From Gammaproteobacteria bacterium (GTDB lineage Bacteria > Pseudomonadota > Gammaproteobacteria > G965277405), in contig OZ255726.1 in assembly GCA_965277405.1 (NCBI GenBank), forward strand, positions 1,216,001-1,280,000: 64,000 nt of DNA, read 5' to 3'. The translations under genes and the position numbers were made by a program. The notes beneath the pieces are model-generated. The model did not search any database. It saw nothing but the letters and a program-made list of their open reading frames with translations, and was not told where the DNA came from. This document shows, piece by piece, positions 11,248 to 22,998 of the stretch; position 1 is the first letter of the stretch; each line of letters opens with the position of its first letter.

Positions 11248-11721
11248 ATGAATCTCAACGCTACGATAATCGGTCAGGCCATTGCTTTTGCGATATTCGT
11301 TTGGTTTTGCGTCAAATTCGTCTGGCCGCCAATTACCCAAGCACTGCAAGACCGGCAGCAGCGCATTGCTGACGGTTTGGAGTTTGCAAAACAAAGCGAA
11401 GAACAATTGAATGAAGCGAAAGCCGCCTATATTCAACAAATCGACAAAGGCAAAGCCAAAGCTATTGAAATTGTATCGCAGGCACGCGTACAGGCAGACC
11501 AAATCGTTGTTGCTGCTCGTGGAAAAGCTGAAGATGAAGGCGATAGAATTGTCGATCAAGCGCACGATAATGTTAAACGCATGCATAATGAAGTGCGAAA
11601 TGAGCTACAACAAGAAATTTCACAGCTGGTGTTAACAGGTGTTGAACAAATATTAGGAAAAGCGGTTACTGCAAAAATTGACCGTGATCTTATTGCCGCT
11701 GTTGCTAAACAACTGCAATAA
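11248..11721 (+). CDS. atpF: F0 subunit b
   Basis: [28 protein letters not shown]. Confidence 0.96.
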   Translation: MNLNATIIGQAIAFAIFVWFCVKFVWPPITQALQDRQQRIADGLEFAKQSEEQLNEAKAAYIQQIDKGKAKAIEIVSQARVQADQIVVAARGKAEDEGDRIVDQAHDNVKRMHNEVRNELQQEISQLVLTGVEQILGKAVTAKIDRDLIAAVAKQLQ

Positions 11722-12260
11722 TGAGTAACGTAGCAAGTCTCGCAAGACCTTATAGTAAAGGGATTTTTGCCCATGCAGTAGCACAAAATGCCATACAAAA
11801 ATGGGTGGATGGGTGTAATTGCATTGCGCAGGCATTTGGCGATACGCAACTACAAGCATTGATAGATAATCCTTCGATTGATTCGTCATTAAAGCAGCAG
11901 GTATTCATCGACTTGCTTGGAACAAAAGGCTATGAAGGATTTGAAAAACTGTTGGCGTTGTTGCAGCGCAACAAGCGAATTAACTTATTGCCAACCATTG
12001 CTTTGCAACTTGCTGCATATGCCGCGCAACAAGCTGGAACGATTGCAGTAGCAATAATCTCAGCGCATAAACTTAATGCAGGTCAAACACAGCTAATAAA
12101 AAAATATCTAGATGCACACACAGGTGCAAATGTTGCAATCACCAATAGCGTAGACAAAAGTCTACTCGGTGGCTTTGTCATTAAAGGTGACGACTGGGTG
12201 CTCGATGCGTCATTACAAGGTAAGTTGCATAAACTTACACAACAACTGCTGACTTACTAA
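11721..12260 (+). CDS. atpH: F1 subunit delta
   Basis: ARPYS...VDKSLLGG...DAS motifs; operon position. Confidence 0.95.
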   Translation: MSNVASLARPYSKGIFAHAVAQNAIQKWVDGCNCIAQAFGDTQLQALIDNPSIDSSLKQQVFIDLLGTKGYEGFEKLLALLQRNKRINLLPTIALQLAAYAAQQAGTIAVAIISAHKLNAGQTQLIKKYLDAHTGANVAITNSVDKSLLGGFVIKGDDWVLDASLQGKLHKLTQQLLTY

Positions 12261-12270
12261 GGAAGACTCC

Positions 12271-13818
12271 ATGAAACAATTATCAGCTGCCGAAATAAGT
12301 AGCGTTATTAAAGAACGGATTGGCTCATTAGAGACCGCTTTAGAATCTGAAAACGAAGGAACCATCGTTTCAGTTGCTGATGGTATTGTAAAAGTATATG
12401 GTCTCAAAGACGCAGTCTTTGGTGAAAAGTTGGAATTTGAACATAATATCTATGGTATCGCCTTGAATTTAGAGCGTGATAGTGTCGGAGTTGTTGTGCT
12501 CGGTGATTATTTACAGCTTTCTGAAGGTCAAAAAGTCAGACGCACCAACAGCGTTATGGAAGTCCCTGTTGGTCCTGAACTACTCGGACGGGTTGTTGAT
12601 CCGCTGGGCAGCCCAATCGATGGAAAAGGCGAGCTTGGCGCTAAGGTATTTGACAAAATAGAAAAAATTGCTCCAGGTGTCATTGATCGAATATCTGTGT
12701 CTCAACCTGTGCAAACAGGCTTGAAGTCTATTGATGCAATGGTACCAATCGGTCGCGGTCAACGCGAGTTGATTATCGGCGATAGACAAACTGGGAAAAC
12801 CGCAATCGCGATTGATGCGATAATCAATCAAAAAAATACTGGCATAAAATGTATTTATGTGGCGATTGGTCAAAAGCAATCTTCTATCGCAAATATTGTG
12901 CGCAAGCTTGAAGAACATAACGCAATGGCACATACGATTGTTGTTGCAGCATCGGCATCAACGCCTGCTGCCATGCAATATATATCTGCATATTCTGGTT
13001 GCACAATGGGCGAGTATTTTCGTGATCGTGGTGAAGACGCTCTTATAATTTATGATGATTTAAGTAAGCAAGCAGTCGCATACAGACAAATATCACTATT
13101 ATTAAGAAGACCACCAGGTCGCGAAGCATTTCCAGGTGATGTGTTCTATTTGCATGCACGATTACTCGAGCGAGCAGCGCGCGTCAACGTCGATTATGTG
13201 GAAAAGTTTACCAATGGTGCTGTCAAAGGGAGAACAGGTTCATTGACAGCTTTGCCAATTATTGAGACACAAGGTGGCGATGTTTCGGCTTTTGTGCCCA
13301 CGAATGTTATTTCAATTACCGATGGTCAGATTTATCTAGAAACCACTCTATTTAATCGTGGTGTGCGACCAGCGATGAACGCTGGTTTATCTGTATCGAG
13401 GGTTGGTGGTGCGGCACAAACAACAGTTATGCGCAAACTTGGCGGTGGTATTCGCTTAGCACTCGCGCAATATCGTGAGCTTGAGGCGTTTTCACAGTTT
13501 GCCTCTGATTTAGATGATACCACCCGCAAGCAACTACAACATGGAGAACGGGTAACTGAATTAATGAAGCAAGGACAATATTCGCCAATGAGTGTTTTCC
13601 AGATGGGCTTGGTTTTATTTGCGGTGAATGAGGGGTATCTTGAAGATGTGGTTGTTGATAAAGTTGGTTCATTTGAGTCTGTTTTGCTTGGATTTGCTGC
13701 GTCTGCGTATAGCGAGCTAATGCAGGCAATTGAAGCAAATCCATATGAATATACCGACGCTATAGCAACGCAATTACATGATTTAATGAAAGCGTTTAAA
13801 CACACGCAAACTTGGTAG
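12271..13818 (+). CDS. atpA: F1 subunit alpha
   Basis: GDRQTGKT and [15 protein letters not shown]. Confidence 0.99.
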   Translation: MKQLSAAEISSVIKERIGSLETALESENEGTIVSVADGIVKVYGLKDAVFGEKLEFEHNIYGIALNLERDSVGVVVLGDYLQLSEGQKVRRTNSVMEVPVGPELLGRVVDPLGSPIDGKGELGAKVFDKIEKIAPGVIDRISVSQPVQTGLKSIDAMVPIGRGQRELIIGDRQTGKTAIAIDAIINQKNTGIKCIYVAIGQKQSSIANIVRKLEEHNAMAHTIVVAASASTPAAMQYISAYSGCTMGEYFRDRGEDALIIYDDLSKQAVAYRQISLLLRRPPGREAFPGDVFYLHARLLERAARVNVDYVEKFTNGAVKGRTGSLTALPIIETQGGDVSAFVPTNVISITDGQIYLETTLFNRGVRPAMNAGLSVSRVGGAAQTTVMRKLGGGIRLALAQYRELEAFSQFASDLDDTTRKQLQHGERVTELMKQGQYSPMSVFQMGLVLFAVNEGYLEDVVVDKVGSFESVLLGFAASAYSELMQAIEANPYEYTDAIATQLHDLMKAFKHTQTW

Positions 13819-13822
13819 CCCC

Positions 13823-14677
13823 ATGGCTGTCGGCAAAGAGATAAAAACTAAGATTGCGAGCATTCGTAATACTGCCAAGATTACCAAAGCAATGGAACTT
13901 GTTTCTACAAGCAAAATGCGCAAAACACAGTTGCGGATGGCAAGAGGTCGTCCATATGGTGAAACATTGCGAGCTGTTATTGGTCATCTTGCCCAAGCAA
14001 ACAGCGAATATCGACATAGTTGGATGGTACCGCGAGATGATGTGCAAACAGATGCGTATTTGGTTATTGGTAGTGACCGTGGTTTATGTGGTGGCTTTAA
14101 TGTCAATCTACATAAAACCGTTGTGCAACATATGCGGCTGCAAAACAAGCGGCAAAAGTTTGTCACGATAGGCGCAAGACCGCTCAAGTTTTTTCAGCGT
14201 TTTGGAGGCGAGATTATTGGGTATTTAACCCAGGTATCTGACAAGGTGGTGATTGATGACTTGCTGCCAACGATTCAGCTAGTGTTAGAAGCATATAATA
14301 ACAAGAAAGTTGACCGTGTGTTTGTATGCTACAACAACTTCGTAAACACCATGATACAGACCCCCATAGTCGAACAATTGCTGCCGTTGCCAGCCAGTGA
14401 CTTGCTGGCACGCACACAGTCTTGGGACTATTTATATGAGCCTGCCGCTGAATTATTACTAACTGGCCTACTCCAACGCTATATAGAGTTGTTTATTTAT
14501 CAGGCGTTGCTGACAAGCAGCGCAGCAGAACAAGCTGCAAGAATGGTAGCGATGAAAAGTGCTACTGACAATGCTGCTAATCTAATCGAAGAGCTGTCGA
14601 TGGTATACAACAAAGCTCGCCAAGCCGCAATCACCCAAGAGATTTCTGAAATCGTTGGTGGATCAAATGCTGTGTAA
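13823..14677 (+). CDS. atpG: F1 subunit gamma
   Basis: KITKAM, DRGLCG and NKARQAAITQEISEI. Confidence 0.98.
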   Translation: MAVGKEIKTKIASIRNTAKITKAMELVSTSKMRKTQLRMARGRPYGETLRAVIGHLAQANSEYRHSWMVPRDDVQTDAYLVIGSDRGLCGGFNVNLHKTVVQHMRLQNKRQKFVTIGARPLKFFQRFGGEIIGYLTQVSDKVVIDDLLPTIQLVLEAYNNKKVDRVFVCYNNFVNTMIQTPIVEQLLPLPASDLLARTQSWDYLYEPAAELLLTGLLQRYIELFIYQALLTSSAAEQAARMVAMKSATDNAANLIEELSMVYNKARQAAITQEISEIVGGSNAV

Positions 14678-14694
14678 TAATTTCAAATATTTAG

Positions 14695-16116
<1,422 letters not shown>

Positions 16117-16118
16117 TA

Positions 16119-16565
16119 ATGGCAACCATCCAATGCAGCATCACTAGTGTTGACGAGCAATTATACCAAGGATCCATCAGCATGCTTGTTGCAACTGGTT
16201 CATTAGGCGACTTAGGGATCATGCCTGGTCACGCTCCATTGCTCACTGAATTGGCTCCAGGACCCATCCGCTTGGTCGGTGTTGATGGTGTAAGTGGTGG
16301 TGAGCAGGAAATTACATTCTTTTTATCAGGTGGTTTTCTCGAAGTACAGCCAGATAGAATAAATGTATTAGCCGATTCAGCGCTCCGCGCAGAACAACTT
16401 GCTGAAGAAGTGTTAGAAAAAGCGCGGCAACAAGCTGTTGCGCAGATGAAACAAGGCGAAAAAGATGCGGAATTTAATTATTCACTGGCTGCAATTCATT
16501 TAGCAGAGACCGTTGCAAAATTACGCACGATTCGGCAAATCAAATCGCGCTTAAACATTAAATAA
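16119..16565 (+). CDS. atpC: F1 subunit epsilon
   Basis: GDLGIMPGHAPLLT and SGGFLEVQP. Confidence 0.97.
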   Translation: MATIQCSITSVDEQLYQGSISMLVATGSLGDLGIMPGHAPLLTELAPGPIRLVGVDGVSGGEQEITFFLSGGFLEVQPDRINVLADSALRAEQLAEEVLEKARQQAVAQMKQGEKDAEFNYSLAAIHLAETVAKLRTIRQIKSRLNIK

Positions 16566-16580
16566 CCAGGAGCGGATCGA

Positions 16581-17522
16581 GTGCCGCTTACTGCATCAAG
16601 AAAATTCAGTATTGCGCCAATGATGGGGTATACCCATCGGCATGCGCGCTATTTTTTCCGTTTGCTCAATAAAAATGCATTGCTGTACACAGAGATGGTG
16701 CATGCACAGGCAGTGCTGAGAAATCATCAATCCACGTTAGGGTTTTCACCATTTGAGCGGCCGCTTGCATTGCAAATTGGCGGGAATAATCCAGTAGATA
16801 TCGCCAATGCCGCCAAAATTGGTGAGCAATATGGATATGATGAAATAAATATTAATTTTGGTTGCCCCAGCAAACGCGTCCAAAGTGGGACATTTGGAGC
16901 AGTGCTATTATTAGACATACCACGCTGCGCTGCCATTATATCTATGGTAAAGCAATTGGTCAGGATACCCGTGACGGCTAAAATTCGGATTGGTGTTGAT
17001 GAACAAAATATTGATGAAACATTACCAATATTAGTCAAGGCGCTGGTTGCAGCTGGCTGTGATCATATTATTGTGCATGCAAGAAAAGCGATATTGGCAG
17101 GACTAAACCCTAAACAAAATAGATCAATCCCTCCATTGCAATACCAAGCCGTGTATGACAATGCACAGCCAGCTTCACTGTTTAGTATCAACGGCGGTAT
17201 TGCAACAATACAGGATGTAACCAGTCATTTACAGCGTGTGGATGGCTGTATGATTGGTCGCGCCTGCATTTACAGTCCAGACATTGTGTATCAGGCAAAT
17301 AGTTTATGGGATGATAAGGGAGATTCTGTCCAACAGATAATGGCGTTATGGGATGCATACGCGCAATCTCAACCAATTAAACAAAGCGTATGGCAAATTC
17401 CATTAGCATGGTTGCGCAGCCAGTTGCATACTCGTAAAGCACAGCAAAATGCACACGCGATGATTCAGAACAAGCAACAGCCAAAACTTACTACGTTGTA
17501 TACAGAAACTGTGAATAATTAA
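16581..17522 (+). CDS. dusA: tRNA-dihydrouridine synthase A
   Basis: FSIAPMM, LYTEM, NINFGCPSKRVQSG, IVHARKA and NRSIPPL; GTG start. Confidence 0.9.
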   Translation: MPLTASRKFSIAPMMGYTHRHARYFFRLLNKNALLYTEMVHAQAVLRNHQSTLGFSPFERPLALQIGGNNPVDIANAAKIGEQYGYDEININFGCPSKRVQSGTFGAVLLLDIPRCAAIISMVKQLVRIPVTAKIRIGVDEQNIDETLPILVKALVAAGCDHIIVHARKAILAGLNPKQNRSIPPLQYQAVYDNAQPASLFSINGGIATIQDVTSHLQRVDGCMIGRACIYSPDIVYQANSLWDDKGDSVQQIMALWDAYAQSQPIKQSVWQIPLAWLRSQLHTRKAQQNAHAMIQNKQQPKLTTLYTETVNN

Positions 17523-17960
17523 ATGAGCGAATGGCAATGTGTTGCAGAATCTGCAGATATCACTGTTGTGAAACAGCTTGCTGAAACTGCAAGTACTACC
17601 ATCCAACGCCAACCAGCTATAATATTTTTGATAGGGGAAATGGGTGCTGGGAAAACAACATTTGCACAGTTTTTTATTCAAAAACTTACTGGGGTAATGC
17701 GGGTGAAAAGTCCAACGTATACGCTCGTTGAAGAATATCGTAAGCCAACAAATGGTATGTGTTGTGCCCATATTGATTTATTTCGCATCCAACGAGCAGA
17801 AGAGATTGATGATTTAGATATACTATCGTATTCAATTGTGCTCATTGAGTGGCCACAGCAATGGCAAAACCACTTACCACAACCGACAATGTGTTATCGA
17901 TTTGAAATTTGTAGAGATATGAGGTTTCGCAAGATTGACGTATTACAAACGCAAAACTAA
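17523..17960 (+). CDS. tsaE: t6A biosynthesis ATPase
   Basis: GEMGAGKTT, VKSPTYTLVEEY, HIDLFR and IEWP. Confidence 0.95.
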   Translation: MSEWQCVAESADITVVKQLAETASTTIQRQPAIIFLIGEMGAGKTTFAQFFIQKLTGVMRVKSPTYTLVEEYRKPTNGMCCAHIDLFRIQRAEEIDDLDILSYSIVLIEWPQQWQNHLPQPTMCYRFEICRDMRFRKIDVLQTQN

Positions 17961-17979
17961 GGAAGCTCTGCATAATTTC

Positions 17980-19551
17980 ATGATGGGCGAGTTAATCAGA
18001 GTGTCTCTAATAGTGCGAGCTGCTGTCTTGGTGGTGTGGCTGGTCTTTTTTATCATAAGCAGTGTTGCGCATGCGGGCGCCATCAAAGACATTCGTGTCT
18101 GGCAAAGTCCGAGTAAAATTCGTTATGTAGTTGAATTTAATGATGCGTTTACATTCAAAAAATATTCAAAAAAAGGCAAAGTACGTATCGAAATACAAAC
18201 CAAAAAAAAATTATTGCCACAGCTGTTGCAACTGTTGCACCAAGACCAATTGTTTGCGCCAGTACAGTCCGTTGCAATACAAGGAAATAGCATTCGTTTG
18301 CTGCTGGCAAACACCAAGGCAAAGGTAGAAGTGTTTTCGCTGCAACCAAAACAACCATATGGACCACGGTTAATTATAGATATACGTGATGGGCAGAAAC
18401 AACAAAAATTAAATTTTAACCCGAATCGGAAAATCACGATAGTCATTGACCCTGGGCATGGCGGTGAAGATCCTGGTGGTGTATATAATGGTGTTTTTGA
18501 GAAAGATCTGGCGTTGATTATTAGTAGGAAAGTACATAATAAGATTAACAAAGATGCAAACTTTTCTGCATTACTTGTGAGGAATGCCGATTACTATGTG
18601 AGCTTACAGCGGCGCTTAGACTTCGCAAGAAGAGTAAATGCCGACTTACTTGTTTCTATTCACTTGAACGTATATAAAAAAGAATCAACTGTTTCTGGAA
18701 TGATGGTTTTTGCACCATCAAATGCAGCTGCAAAATCTGAAATAGCGGCGTATATGGAAAATAAGGAAAATGAATCAGATGAAATTGGTGGTGTTGACTT
18801 AGCCGAACTCAGCAGCAATAGCAGCGTATTACAACAATTATTGTTAGATTTGAGCTATGCGACAAATATAGATCGCAGTATGACATTCGGACAACACCTC
18901 ATTGATATCGCAAAACCAACGGTACACTTGTTTAAAAACCCATTGGAACAGGCAGGATTCTTGGTATTAAAGTCACCTGAAGTCCCTTCGGTTTTAGTAG
19001 AAACTGGATTTTTAAGCAATCCAAATGATGCAAAGCTACTTACGTCGAATGCTTATCAAGATATAATTGCCTCCGCAATTTCGTTAGCGGTACGGTCTTG
19101 GTTCTATACCCACCCACCCAGTAAAAGTATTTTGTATCAACACGCCACGCGGCGGTATTTAGTTACTAAAAAAATAATGCCGCAGGAACTGGCGTTAAAA
19201 TTGAATATCAACGAGCAAGTATTGTTAGATGATAACGTTGGGGTAATCAGTAAAAAAACAATGATTAATATTGGTAAAATAGTCCGCTATCCACGCAAAG
19301 AGCCTATCCAAAATCCAGCAATACAGAGTAAAACCAAACGCAAGGTGCAAAAAAAACAGCAGCCTAAGCGCGCTGTAAAACAAAAGAAATCAACAATTAA
19401 ACGGATTTATTATAGCGTCCAACCCAATGATACTATTCAGGGAATAGCTACGCAGTATGGCGTGGGCATTGCAGAAATTATGGCAATCAATAATCTTGAG
19501 CAACCATTAATATATGCAGGTCAAACCATCATGATAGACATTGGTAAATGA
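17980..19551 (+). CDS. amiB: N-acetylmuramoyl-L-alanine amidase (AMIN + Amidase_3 + LysM)
   Basis: IDPGHGGEDPG, VSIH, LVETGFLSN and a C-terminal LysM (YSVQPNDT..IA..YG); follows tsaE. Start uncertain. Confidence 0.88.
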   Translation: MMGELIRVSLIVRAAVLVVWLVFFIISSVAHAGAIKDIRVWQSPSKIRYVVEFNDAFTFKKYSKKGKVRIEIQTKKKLLPQLLQLLHQDQLFAPVQSVAIQGNSIRLLLANTKAKVEVFSLQPKQPYGPRLIIDIRDGQKQQKLNFNPNRKITIVIDPGHGGEDPGGVYNGVFEKDLALIISRKVHNKINKDANFSALLVRNADYYVSLQRRLDFARRVNADLLVSIHLNVYKKESTVSGMMVFAPSNAAAKSEIAAYMENKENESDEIGGVDLAELSSNSSVLQQLLLDLSYATNIDRSMTFGQHLIDIAKPTVHLFKNPLEQAGFLVLKSPEVPSVLVETGFLSNPNDAKLLTSNAYQDIIASAISLAVRSWFYTHPPSKSILYQHATRRYLVTKKIMPQELALKLNINEQVLLDDNVGVISKKTMINIGKIVRYPRKEPIQNPAIQSKTKRKVQKKQQPKRAVKQKKSTIKRIYYSVQPNDTIQGIATQYGVGIAEIMAINNLEQPLIYAGQTIMIDIGK

Positions 19552-20822
19552 AGAATATAAACGAACAGTACAACAGTACCTTTAGTCATTCATATGGCAA
19601 ACAAGCTGGCATTAATCAACTGATGACTGATCTCGGCAATGCTTTAGAGCAAAACAAAAAAACAGGAAAAAAAACATATATCCTTGGTGGCGGTAATCCA
19701 GGGTATATTCCAGCAGTGCTTGACGTATATGCAGCGCGGCTACAACAAATATCCCAATCGGCTAGCACACTCAAACGGATGCTCGCTGACTATGCCGAGC
19801 CCGCTGGTGACATCGGTTTTCGCAACACATTCGCAGCAGTGTTGAATAAAAAATACGGCTGGAAGCTGAGCGAAAAAAACATTGTGCTGACAAATGGCAG
19901 TCAACAAGCGTTTTTTTTATTGTTTAATATTTTTGCAGGACCGTTATCCCCGCTAGCACGAAAAAAAATAATGCTGCCGTTAACACCAGAATATATTGGC
20001 TATACGGATAGCCCACTGTTTGCTGATACGTTTATGACGCAACAACCAGTGGTGGAAAAGGTTAGTAATCAAGTGTTTAGATACGCTCTTGCTGACAATG
20101 TCTATCATGACGACACCATTGCGGCACTGTGCGTATCAAGACCGAGTAATCCAACAGGTGGCGTGATCTCAGACCAAGAAGTTGCGCTACTTACGGCACA
20201 CGCAAAGCAACAAAGTATTCCGCTTATTATTGATAATGCGTATGGTCTGCCATTTCCTAATACCATGTATGTGCCTGCTACGCTAACATGGGATGATCAT
20301 GTAATTTTGTGTATGAGCTTATCAAAATGTGGACTACCAGGGCTGCGTACAGGAATTGTTGTTGCCAATGAAGACGTTTGCGAACAACTAGCAGCTGCGA
20401 ATAGTATTATTGGTTTAGCGCCTAATTCAGTAGGTGCGGTAGTTGTCGATGCGTTATTAGCAGACGGATCATTTATAGAGATGTGTAACGCATCAATTCG
20501 ACCATTTTATGCAAAAAAGCGCGATACTTTTTTTGCACTGCTGCTGGCGCAATTATCTGGACTACCTGTGCAAATCCACCAAGCAGATGGCGCCTTCTTT
20601 TTTTGGCTGGTTTGGCAATCGGCAACACTTGATAGCGAAAAAGTCTACCAAGATCTACGCCGTCAAAATGTAATTGTTGTTCAGGGCAGGTATTTTTTTG
20701 CAACAAAGCAAAACCATCCACATACAAATCGTAGTATTCGTATTGGCTATGCAGGTGATGAGCAAATGATAGCTGATGGTTTGCACATTGTATGTGCGTA
20801 TTTCCAACAGCAATTGGCGTAA
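19548..20822 (+). CDS. avtA: Valine--pyruvate aminotransferase
   Basis: LGGGNP, LTNGSQ.AFF.LFN, PEYIGY, SRPSNPTG and SLSK.GLPG.R. Confidence 0.92.
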   Translation: MKNINEQYNSTFSHSYGKQAGINQLMTDLGNALEQNKKTGKKTYILGGGNPGYIPAVLDVYAARLQQISQSASTLKRMLADYAEPAGDIGFRNTFAAVLNKKYGWKLSEKNIVLTNGSQQAFFLLFNIFAGPLSPLARKKIMLPLTPEYIGYTDSPLFADTFMTQQPVVEKVSNQVFRYALADNVYHDDTIAALCVSRPSNPTGGVISDQEVALLTAHAKQQSIPLIIDNAYGLPFPNTMYVPATLTWDDHVILCMSLSKCGLPGLRTGIVVANEDVCEQLAAANSIIGLAPNSVGAVVVDALLADGSFIEMCNASIRPFYAKKRDTFFALLLAQLSGLPVQIHQADGAFFFWLVWQSATLDSEKVYQDLRRQNVIVVQGRYFFATKQNHPHTNRSIRIGYAGDEQMIADGLHIVCAYFQQQLA

Positions 20823-20872
20823 GCGCATAGCTGTCAAGTATACTTGAGGTTACTTGCCTAAATAACAGCAAA

Positions 20873-21607
20873 CTATACCGGTTCAGCTGCTGGTTTTTTT
20901 ATTAATAACCGGGCGCTGAGTAAGCCAACTTCAAATAACAGCCACATCGGTATTGCTAAAAATGATTGTGAAAATATATCTGGCGGGGTGAGTAGCATGC
21001 CAAAAACAAAACAGCCAAGGAAAATATATGGGCGTTTCTTGCTCAGAGCATCTGCAGTAACAGCACCAGTTGCACAAAGAATAATTGTGACGATTGGCAC
21101 TTCAAACGCTAAGCCAAATGCCAACATGATTTTTAAGAAAAAACCAAGGTAGAAATTAATATCTGGCGCTGAAACCACCCCTTCAAGCGCAAAACCGATA
21201 AAAAATTTAGTGATAATTGGGAATACCACAAAATAGGCGAATGACATCCCACAATAAAATAACACCACACTCATCAATAATAATGGTATTGCCAAACGCT
21301 TTTCGCGTTTATACAGTCCTGGGGCAATGAATCGCCAAAGTTGGAACAGTAGCAGCGGCATGGTGATAAATATTGAAGTAAAAAAAACCAGCTTTAATGG
21401 AGCAAAAAAAGTTGATGTTACCTCAGTGGCAATCATGCTCGTTCCCTCTGGCAGAAACTGGCGCAATGGCAAAGAGGCTAAGCCATACAGTTCTTTTGCA
21501 AAGAACATACAAATGGAAAAGAAAATAAGAATTGTTACAATAGACCATAACAGCCGCTGCCGCAGCTCAACCAAATGATCGGTAATTTTCATTTCCGACT
21601 TATTCAT
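20873..21607 (-). CDS. tatC: Twin-arginine translocase subunit C
   Basis: HLVELRQRL, FIAPGLY and LTPPD. Confidence 0.97.
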   Translation of the reverse strand: MNKSEMKITDHLVELRQRLLWSIVTILIFFSICMFFAKELYGLASLPLRQFLPEGTSMIATEVTSTFFAPLKLVFFTSIFITMPLLLFQLWRFIAPGLYKREKRLAIPLLLMSVVLFYCGMSFAYFVVFPIITKFFIGFALEGVVSAPDINFYLGFFLKIMLAFGLAFEVPIVTIILCATGAVTADALSKKRPYIFLGCFVFGMLLTPPDIFSQSFLAIPMWLLFEVGLLSARLLIKKPAAEPV

Positions 21608-21897
21608 TTCTTGTGAGATTTTTTTTCTACTTCCTTTGACTTATAGTCATTAGCTGCATGTATGTCATCAATGTCAACAATTGACGCAACATGCTTTTTA
21701 TATGACTGTATATTTTCTTGAACTTCAGATTCGGTTATTTCTTTTTCGATATCCGACTTGAATTCGTTAAATATATTACGTGATTTACGGATCCATGCAG
21801 AAACGGTGCGTACAGCTAAAGGTAGTCGTTGCGGCCCGAGCACAACAAGACCAATAATAAAAATCACGGCAAGTTCTGCGAAGCCAATATCAAACAT
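21604..21897 (-). CDS. tatB: Twin-arginine translocase subunit B
   Basis: MFDIGFAEL...GLVVLGPQRLP. Confidence 0.95.
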   Translation of the reverse strand: MFDIGFAELAVIFIIGLVVLGPQRLPLAVRTVSAWIRKSRNIFNEFKSDIEKEITESEVQENIQSYKKHVASIVDIDDIHAANDYKSKEVEKKSHKK

Positions 21898-21915
21898 GAC
21901 GTGAAAACGACTGGG

Positions 21916-22383
21916 TTATGGAGACGGCGACTTCTTTTTTACAGTTGGGTCTTTCTTTGCAACTGCAGCACGGCTAGTAGCTGGTTTATTTGCGGCAGTT
22001 TTACGTAGCGTTGCTTTTGCAGCAGTAGCAGTTCGTGCTGTTGGTTTTTTAGTAGTTGGTGTCCGTGTAGTGGTTTTTTTAGCAGTAGTTGTATTAGTAG
22101 ATTTTGCATCTTCAGCTTTAGATTGCAAAGCAGCGCGGACTGCGGCAGCTTTTTGTGCATCATGTTTTACAGGTTGCGTAGCAGATTCACCAAGGTTAAT
22201 ATCATCCCTACGCGAACTGAGTAACTCTTCATCAAGCCCACGAAAAGAATCTTGTATGACTGAGTCCTTTTTGTTGTGTTGATTTGATGCTCCTTTGCTT
22301 CTACTCCTATTGATCAACGCATAAATAACCAATGCTACTATTAAAATAGCACCAAATAAAATTAGTAAATAATTAGTTTCCAT
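21916..22383 (-). CDS. Hypothetical single-pass membrane protein with a Lys/Ala/Thr-rich basic tail
   Basis: AAGGAG RBS; N-terminal TM helix; low-complexity C-terminus; lies between tatA and tatB. Confidence 0.8.
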   Translation of the reverse strand: METNYLLILFGAILIVALVIYALINRSRSKGASNQHNKKDSVIQDSFRGLDEELLSSRRDDINLGESATQPVKHDAQKAAAVRAALQSKAEDAKSTNTTTAKKTTTRTPTTKKPTARTATAAKATLRKTAANKPATSRAAVAKKDPTVKKKSPSP

Positions 22384-22428
22384 ACTTAGACTCCTTCTAA
22401 TACAAAAATATGTGTGGCGAGCATTACG

Positions 22429-22656
22429 TTACCTTATAGTTTTTTTTGCTGACTGTGTTGTAGTTTTTTTTTTGGGTTTGGTAATATCTGCAGGATCTGC
22501 TGCTAGCTTTTCTGGTTGATCATCGCCCATCGATTTCTTAAAACCTTTCAACGCACCACCCAAATCAGTACCGAGTGAGCGTAGCCGCTTCGTACCAAAA
22601 ATTAAAATTACAATTGCAAAGATAACGAGCAATTGCCAAATTCCAATACCTCCCAT
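22429..22656 (-). CDS. tatA: Twin-arginine translocase subunit A
   Basis: GIGIWQLL...[22 protein letters not shown]. Confidence 0.96.
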   Translation of the reverse strand: MGGIGIWQLLVIFAIVILIFGTKRLRSLGTDLGGALKGFKKSMGDDQPEKLAADPADITKPKKKTTTQSAKKTIR

Positions 22657-22659
22657 GAT

Positions 22660-22998
22660 TTACTCCTTGTTATGTAAGCGTTGTTGTTTTTCAGCGAAGC
22701 CAGAAACACCTTGCCGCTTTGAAAGTTCATCTCCAATTGTATCAATTGGAATTTGACAATGTACCAGTAGTGCAGTTAAGTGAAATATCAAATCTGCCGA
22801 CTCATGCACAATTTCATGTTCTACTCCTGCGTGAGCAGCTGCTATAAGTTCATCACTTTCTTCGCGTATTTTTTCACACATTGCACCAATGCCATTGCTA
22901 TATAGTGAAGCAGCGTATGAAGTACGCGGATTAGCAGTAACACGAGCCAGTAGCGTTTTCTGGAGTTGTTCGATGCTATCGGCAAATGCGCGAGTCAT
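22660..22998 (-). CDS. hisE: Phosphoribosyl-ATP pyrophosphohydrolase
   Basis: SYAASL, KIREE, ESADLIFH and R.GVSG..EK. Confidence 0.92.
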   Translation of the reverse strand: MTRAFADSIEQLQKTLLARVTANPRTSYAASLYSNGIGAMCEKIREESDELIAAAHAGVEHEIVHESADLIFHLTALLVHCQIPIDTIGDELSKRQGVSGFAEKQQRLHNKE

